DNA of 64,000 nt from an uncultured Bacilli bacterium (lineage in GTDB: Bacteria > Bacillota_I > Bacilli_A > RF39 > UBA660), in the NCBI GenBank assembly GCA_934183185.1, contig CAKPSO010000003.1:3215-67214 (forward strand). The letters are read 5' to 3'. A program made the position numbers and the translations under genes. Shown here piece after piece: positions 58,221-64,000 of this stretch (position 1 is the stretch's first letter; each line of letters opens with the position of its first letter). The notes under the pieces were generated by a model. The model made no database searches and was not told the origin of the DNA. It saw only the letters and a list, made by a program, of their open reading frames with translations.

Positions 58221-61054
58221 TGGCAACTAATAATAAAAAGAAGCAAACTACAAAAATAACTAAAAAAGAAAATCAAAACTTTATGTTTTTAATTATGGGA
58301 ATTATGTTAATACTACTAGTTATTAGCTATCTAATCATGGGATTAGCATTAACTGTAGTCTTAGGCATTGGTATTGGTATCATCTTACTAATAGCCAGAT
58401 TTTTAGATAAAATAAAAAATAGGCCAAAACAAAGAAAAATATTTAATATTATATTAATTATTTTCTTAGTACTAGCTCTACTAGTTTGTGTAGCTATAGT
58501 TGGTTTTGCAGCATATATCGTTATAAAAGCTCCTAAGTTTGACATAACAGAGCTTGATAAAAAAGAAGCAAGTATTATGTATGCAAGTGATGGTAGTGAG
58601 TACTATCGTTTAGGTGAATTAAGAGAAAATGTAACCTATGATGATTTACCTGAAGTATTTGTAGATGCCCTAATAGCTACTGAGGATGCCAGATATTTTC
58701 AACATAATGGTTTCGATGCACCTCGTTTCTTAAAAGCAACTGCCGGTCAATTAATGGGTAGAAAAAATGCTGGTGGTGCATCAACACTTTCAATGCAAGT
58801 AGTTAAAAATACCTATACATCTAGTGAAGATGAAGGAATAAAAGGTATCATGCGTAAGTTTACTGATATTTATTTAGCCGTATTTAAACTAGAAAAAGAT
58901 TTTACTAAAGAACAAATTATTGAATACTATGTCAATAACCATGAACTTGGTGGCATGACATTCGGGGTTGAACAAGCATCACAAACATATTTTGGTAAAA
59001 GTGTAAAAGACTTAAACTTGGCTGAAGCTGCAACCCTAGTAGGTATGTTTAACGCCCCAACTTATTACAGTCCAATAAATCACCCTGATCGTGCATATAA
59101 TAGACGTAGTACTGTTTTAAGATTAATGGTTAAACATGGTTATATCACCCAAGAAGAAGCCGATGCTGCCAATGCAATTCCAATTACTTCACTTATAAAA
59201 AATGAAACTAAGGAAGGAGCAGCATACATAAGTTATATAGACACAGTTATCGATGAACTTATGGATAAACGTGGTATTAATCCATACATAACTCCAGTTG
59301 AGATATATACTAATATGGATAAAGAAAGACAGCAAAAAGTAGATGATATTTTTAATGGTAATGGTTATACTTGGAAAGATGATAAAGTTCAAAGTGGTGT
59401 TGCCGTTATTGATGTAGATACAGGTAAAGTTGTAGCAGTTGGTGGTGGTAGATTTAAATCAAGTCCAAGAACTACTACTAACTACGCAACACAAGCTAAA
59501 AGACAAATTGGTTCTACTGCTAAACCAATATTCGACTATGGACCTGCTATTGAATATAATAATTGGTCAACATATACTCAAATATTAGACGCTCCATATA
59601 GTTATTCAAATGGAGTTACAGTAAATAACTCAGATAGAGCATATATGGGATGGATAAGTGCTCGTACAGCTCTTGCCCAATCAAGAAATATCCCAGCATT
59701 AAAAGCATTCCAATCAGTAGATAATAAAAAAATTATTGAATTTGCTCAAAATATTGGAATAGAACCAGAAATAAGTAATGGTAAGATCCATGAAGCCCAC
59801 TCACTTGGTTCATTTGACGGTACTACTCCTATGATGATGGCAGCTGCCTATGCAGCATTCGCTAATGGTGGAACATATTATGAACCATTAACTATTAATA
59901 AAGTCATCTTCCGTGAAACAGGCGAAGTTAGAAACTATGAAAGTGAATCAAAGAAAGCTATGAGTGATTCAACAGCATATATGATTACTGATATGTTAAT
60001 AACCGCTGTAGAATCAGGTTTAAGTAGTGGTGCTAGAGTTCCAGGTGTTACCCTAGCTGCTAAAACAGGTACATCAAGTTTTACAGATGAAATAAAGAAA
60101 AAATATAATTTATCAAGTGATGCCATAAATGATGCTTGGATAGTAGGATACGACCCAGAATATGCAATTAGTATGTGGTATGGATATAAAGATGCAAAAG
60201 AAGGTTATAATACAAGTATTCAAGCTGTTAACGGTAGATCTAGATTATACAAAGCTCTAGGTAATGCTATTTTTAATAAAAATGGTCAAACATTTAAAGA
60301 GCCATCAAGTGTAGTAAAAGTTGGTGTTGAAATTGGAAGCAACCCTGCAGCCCTACCAAGTTCTACTACCCCACAAGATCAAATAACATATGAATACTTC
60401 AAGAAAGGTACTGAACCTACTGAAGCATCAACTAAATATAATAAATTAGACACTGTAACTGGACTAAAAGTTAGTTACTCTGAAAGTAAACAAAAAATAA
60501 CTATTACTTGGAATAAACTAAATACACCTACTGCTAACGAAGACTATGGTGAGTTTGGATACAACGTTTACTATGGAGATGTACTTCTAGGATTCACAAC
60601 AAATAATACCTATACAATCGATGCTAATGCAAATATATCAGGTACATATAAAGTAGTTACTACTTTCTCAAATTACTCAAATAATCAAAGTAAACCAGCA
60701 ACATACGAATTTACTTATAATCAATCCTCATCAACACCAACAACTTCACCAAGTGATAATGCTACATATAATTTAAAATTACTAGGAGATGCTACAACTA
60801 CAATCAACGCAACATCAAGTTATTCTGATCCTGCTACTCCTGTAGAATTTCAAAAAAATGGTTCTTCAATAAATAGTCAAATCAATCTAGCTACTTCATT
60901 AAAAACATCTATTAAAGATCCAACTGGTAATACAGTAACAGCTATTACTGGTACTTTAGAAAAGCCATTAACAGTTGGCACATACACAATTACATACACC
61001 TTAACTTATAATGGTAAAACATATACAGCACTTAGAAAAATAAATGTTCAATAA
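58220..61054 (+). CDS. ponA: bifunctional class A penicillin-binding protein 1A with ~250 aa Thr/Ser-rich C-terminal extension
   Basis: GT51 motifs EDARYFQHNGFD and RKFTDIYLA. Transpeptidase SxxK (IGSTAKP), SxN and KTG (AKTGTS). N-terminal TM. Confidence 0.9.
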   Translation: MATNNKKKQTTKITKKENQNFMFLIMGIMLILLVISYLIMGLALTVVLGIGIGIILLIARFLDKIKNRPKQRKIFNIILIIFLVLALLVCVAIVGFAAYIVIKAPKFDITELDKKEASIMYASDGSEYYRLGELRENVTYDDLPEVFVDALIATEDARYFQHNGFDAPRFLKATAGQLMGRKNAGGASTLSMQVVKNTYTSSEDEGIKGIMRKFTDIYLAVFKLEKDFTKEQIIEYYVNNHELGGMTFGVEQASQTYFGKSVKDLNLAEAATLVGMFNAPTYYSPINHPDRAYNRRSTVLRLMVKHGYITQEEADAANAIPITSLIKNETKEGAAYISYIDTVIDELMDKRGINPYITPVEIYTNMDKERQQKVDDIFNGNGYTWKDDKVQSGVAVIDVDTGKVVAVGGGRFKSSPRTTTNYATQAKRQIGSTAKPIFDYGPAIEYNNWSTYTQILDAPYSYSNGVTVNNSDRAYMGWISARTALAQSRNIPALKAFQSVDNKKIIEFAQNIGIEPEISNGKIHEAHSLGSFDGTTPMMMAAAYAAFANGGTYYEPLTINKVIFRETGEVRNYESESKKAMSDSTAYMITDMLITAVESGLSSGARVPGVTLAAKTGTSSFTDEIKKKYNLSSDAINDAWIVGYDPEYAISMWYGYKDAKEGYNTSIQAVNGRSRLYKALGNAIFNKNGQTFKEPSSVVKVGVEIGSNPAALPSSTTPQDQITYEYFKKGTEPTEASTKYNKLDTVTGLKVSYSESKQKITITWNKLNTPTANEDYGEFGYNVYYGDVLLGFTTNNTYTIDANANISGTYKVVTTFSNYSNNQSKPATYEFTYNQSSSTPTTSPSDNATYNLKLLGDATTTINATSSYSDPATPVEFQKNGSSINSQINLATSLKTSIKDPTGNTVTAITGTLEKPLTVGTYTITYTLTYNGKTYTALRKINVQ

Positions 61055-61059
61055 ATAAT

Positions 61060-61087
61060 AAAGCCTGCATTCAAGCAGGTTTTTTAC
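61060..61087. terminator. bidirectional terminator between ponA and ZIP transporter gene
   Basis: CCTGC-ATTCAA-GCAGG with A-run 5' and T-run 3'. Confidence 0.7.
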
Positions 61088-61839
61088 TTTAATAATAAAC
61101 AACTAATATACATAAATATAAAGCCTACTATAAATAAAGTCATGGTTAATTTAGGCTTACTAAATTTAAAACTAGCTGGCAATAACTCATAAATAGAAAT
61201 ATGTATCATAATACCAGCAATAATAGAATATAAACAGCCCATAAATAAATCACTACTAAGCCATGAAAAGAAAATTGAAGCAATAATGGCACCTAAAAAC
61301 TCACTCATACCAGATACTAAAGTATAAATAAAAGCTTTCTTCCTACTACCAGTACTATAATATATAGGAATAGCTACACTAATTCCTTCTGGAATATTAT
61401 GTAAAGCCAAAGCTATAGCTAATGTAATACCCAAACTAAGATTATGATTAGAAGTTAAAAAAGTAGCTATACCCTCTGGAATATTATGTAAAACTATAGC
61501 TATCATAGATATGATACCAACCCTATATAATCCTTTATTCTGATAAGTAGCATTATCAGGTAAATACTTATCTATCATCATTGAAAAGGTTACACCAATA
61601 ACCACAAATAAAGCTACTAACAAAAAACTAGGAATAATATAATAAGTACCACTAATCAAAGAAAAACTAGCAGGGATTAAATCATATATTGAGATTAGAA
61701 GCATAACCCCACTAGCAAAACCTAAAGAACCAACCAATACTCTATTAGTATAATCTTTAAGATAAACAAACAAATAACCAATCATAGTAGAACATCCAGC
61801 TAAAAAGGTAATAATAAAAGGTAGCATATATCTCACCAT
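61084..61839 (-). CDS. zupT: ZIP-family divalent metal transporter (ZupT-like)
   Basis: 8 TM with HNIPEGIA and HNIPEGIS metal-binding motifs. Confidence 0.8.
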   Translation of the reverse strand: MVRYMLPFIITFLAGCSTMIGYLFVYLKDYTNRVLVGSLGFASGVMLLISIYDLIPASFSLISGTYYIIPSFLLVALFVVIGVTFSMMIDKYLPDNATYQNKGLYRVGIISMIAIVLHNIPEGIATFLTSNHNLSLGITLAIALALHNIPEGISVAIPIYYSTGSRKKAFIYTLVSGMSEFLGAIIASIFFSWLSSDLFMGCLYSIIAGIMIHISIYELLPASFKFSKPKLTMTLFIVGFIFMYISCLLLK

Positions 61840-61880
61840 TAAAAATTATGAATATAAACTAAAAAAAATTACTGAGAATA

Positions 61881-62447
61881 CTAATCATCAGTAACTTTTT
61901 TATACATAAAACACTCTCTATCATGTGAATAAATAATACCTATAGCCTGTAAATAAGAATATATAATAGTACTCCCAACAAATTTCATACCTCTCTTTTT
62001 TAAATCACGAGATATATTATCCGATAAATTAGATTTAGTTAAATTTATTTCATAAATAATCTTATTATTAGTAAAAATAGATAAATAATTATAAAAACTA
62101 CCATACTCAGAAACGATTTTCTTAAAAATCTTAGCATTATTAATACTAGCTTGTATCTTTAATTTATTACGAATAATATTCTCATTATTAAGTAAACTAT
62201 CTATTTTGTTGCTATCATAATTACTAACTGCATCTATATCAAAATCATCATATGCTTCTCTAAAAGCCACTCTTTTATTAAGAACACATTCCCATGAAAG
62301 ACCTGCTTGAAAAGATTCAAGTATTAACATTTCAAATAAATATCTATCATCATAATTAGGTACACACCATTCATAATCATGATATAAAACATACTTAGAA
62401 TTATAAAGATTACACCATTTACATCGAGTAATATTTTTATCTGCCAT
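61881..62447 (-). CDS. tag: DNA-3-methyladenine glycosylase I
   Basis: RCKWCNLYNSKYVLYHDYEWCVP matches the Tag zinc motif. Start likely at MADKN (62447). Confidence 0.85.
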   Translation of the reverse strand: MADKNITRCKWCNLYNSKYVLYHDYEWCVPNYDDRYLFEMLILESFQAGLSWECVLNKRVAFREAYDDFDIDAVSNYDSNKIDSLLNNENIIRNKLKIQASINNAKIFKKIVSEYGSFYNYLSIFTNNKIIYEINLTKSNLSDNISRDLKKRGMKFVGSTIIYSYLQAIGIIYSHDRECFMYKKVTDD

Positions 62448-63114
62448 CATATAACCTAGTTTGAGATTCAGCTTGTATTTGACATCCATATTGGAATATA
62501 TAGGCTATACTAAATAAGAATAATACTTCAATTATATTAGAAATTTCTAAACTAACATTTAAATCAAGTCCTAATATTAATTCAAATATGATACCTGCTA
62601 TCCAAGATAATAAAACTGTAGCAAGCATCAAATAAGCAGCCTTTTTAATAAACAATACATTTTCCATAATAAATGGTGTATCTTTATTAAATAAGTTTTT
62701 AAATAACTTTTCCAATGAATTTAATACCATTATCATAAGCACTAAATCAACAATAATTATAATCATACCAACCTCAGATAAAACTAACAACTCAGTTTTA
62801 GAATGATTATTTATCACACTTTGAATATTATCCACTAATTCTGAGCTGGTAATTGTTTGTACATCATCATCATTAAATCTTGCAACTAAGTTATTATTTT
62901 TATCAATATTAAGTACAAAACCTATATCATCCATCTTAATTTGATTCTTACTAATATCAATCTTATTAACAAGAACAGCAAAAGTTATCATAGTAATAAC
63001 TACAAACGGAATAGCTATCATAACAAATATCTTAGCTATCTTAGCAAGTACAGCTAACACCTTATTAATAATAATTAAATACTTTTTTTGCTTATCGGTT
63101 ACTTTATTTTCCAT
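62437..63114 (-). CDS. hypothetical multi-pass membrane protein
   Basis: 225 aa with ~5 hydrophobic helices. No motif recognised. Confidence 0.4.
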   Translation of the reverse strand: MENKVTDKQKKYLIIINKVLAVLAKIAKIFVMIAIPFVVITMITFAVLVNKIDISKNQIKMDDIGFVLNIDKNNNLVARFNDDDVQTITSSELVDNIQSVINNHSKTELLVLSEVGMIIIIVDLVLMIMVLNSLEKLFKNLFNKDTPFIMENVLFIKKAAYLMLATVLLSWIAGIIFELILGLDLNVSLEISNIIEVLFLFSIAYIFQYGCQIQAESQTRLYDGR

Positions 63115-63236
63115 AATACACTCCCTATCCTACATCCACCATAATTTTAACACAAATAACTAAATAACTACAAGAATAATATAATAAAACTTGTTCCTAA
63201 AAAATAATTACTATATAATAAATACAGGAGGGAACA

Positions 63237-63638
63237 ATGAAAAAAATATTAAAAGAATTTAAAGATTTTATAGCTAGAGGAAACGTAATAGACCTAGCCG
63301 TTGGTGTTATTGTTGGTTCTGCATTTGGTAAAATAGTTACATCACTAGTAAATGATATTTTAATGCCAATTATTGGAGTTATCTTAGGAGGAATTGATTT
63401 TACTAATTTAACTATTAAATTTAACGATGCAACTATCTACTATGGAAACTTCATTCAAAATGTAATAGATTTTCTAATAGTAGCTTTCTGTATTTTCATA
63501 TTTGTTAAAACTATTAACACTATTACTGAGAAAACAAAGAAAAAAGAGGAAAAAGAAAAAAAGAAAGAAGAAATTAAAAAAACAGATGAAGTTATTCTAC
63601 TAGAAGAAATAAGAGATCTTTTGAAAAAGAAGAAATAG
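63237..63638 (+). CDS. mscL: large-conductance mechanosensitive channel
   Basis: [34 protein letters not shown] canonical MscL TM1. Confidence 0.9.
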   Translation: MKKILKEFKDFIARGNVIDLAVGVIVGSAFGKIVTSLVNDILMPIIGVILGGIDFTNLTIKFNDATIYYGNFIQNVIDFLIVAFCIFIFVKTINTITEKTKKKEEKEKKKEEIKKTDEVILLEEIRDLLKKKK

Positions 63639-63648
63639 GCCCTATACC

Positions 63649-64000
63649 CTATTTCTTCTTTTTATATTTACATATATCTATCAATTTACATTCCGCACAT
63701 TTTGGTTTAACTGCCATACAATAATATCTACCAAACAGCACCATTTGTAAATGTCTTTTTCCCCATAAAGATTTATCAAAACATCTTTGCAGTTTCTTCT
63801 CTACTACTAAAACGCTATCTTTTTCACTAGCTAATCCTAGTCTCTTACTAACCCTTTCTACATGGGTATCAACAGCTATATTAGGCTCTTTAAACCATTC
63901 ACTTAATACAACATTTGCTACCTTTCTACCAACCCCAGGTAACTCCTCAAGTAATTTTCTATCATTTGGCACTTTGCCATCATATTTACTACACAAAGTA
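63649..64000 (-). CDS. nth: endonuclease III (N-terminus beyond window end)
   Basis: ELPGVGRKVANVV, VDTHVERVSKRLGL and C-terminal CxxxxxxCxxCxxxxxC [4Fe-4S] cluster loop. The ORF runs off the window. Confidence 0.8.
   Translation of the reverse strand, partial: TLCSKYDGKVPNDRKLLEELPGVGRKVANVVLSEWFKEPNIAVDTHVERVSKRLGLASEKDSVLVVEKKLQRCFDKSLWGKRHLQMVLFGRYYCMAVKPKCAECKLIDICKYKKKK

Overview
This is a very AT-rich (about 27-28% GC), densely coding chromosomal segment from a spore-forming Firmicute. I found no CRISPR array, no rRNA and no canonical phage-defence operon.

Bacilli-type core synteny present:
- HD-hydrolase/serS behind a T-box leader
- sufCDSUB
- rodZ-pgsA-recA, and separately rny
- gpsB with an unannotated RNase P RNA (rnpB)
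- recU-ponA
- scpAB
- RNase J and PrsA

Sporulation genes present:
- spoVS
- spoIIAA-sigF fused directly to spoVAC-spoVAD-spoVAE, the Clostridium-type arrangement, with no spoIIAB gene between them
- three BclA-like collagen-triplet exosporium proteins with a GT2 glycosyltransferase
- two YjcZ-like tiny transmembrane peptides missing from the ORF track

Other content:
- a BceRS/BceAB-type peptide-sensing ABC module
- a P-type ATPase behind a structured attenuator leader
- one tRNA-Leu(CAA) next to IS30 debris and a repeat-bounded 1.4 kb segment that carries a second small alarmone-hydrolase-like HD protein
- a degraded IS3 remnant
- several paralogous secreted or surface protein families of unknown function

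The most unusual observations:
- The SpoIIAA-like anti-anti-sigma has Glu/Val where the phospho-serine motif normally is, and its cognate kinase gene spoIIAB is absent.
- Two paralogous loci each pair a small XRE regulator, divergently, with a large protein carrying a TasA-type (SipW-cognate) signal. These proteins carry one or two copies of an unknown 270 aa domain.
- A T-box-controlled operon couples a (p)ppGpp-hydrolase-like HD protein to serS.
- A translationally coupled small-protein/RHH-fusion cassette is inserted after spoVAE.
- A tandem pair of membrane-anchored Ig-like proteins with Cys-rich WSEWS tails lies just downstream of rny.
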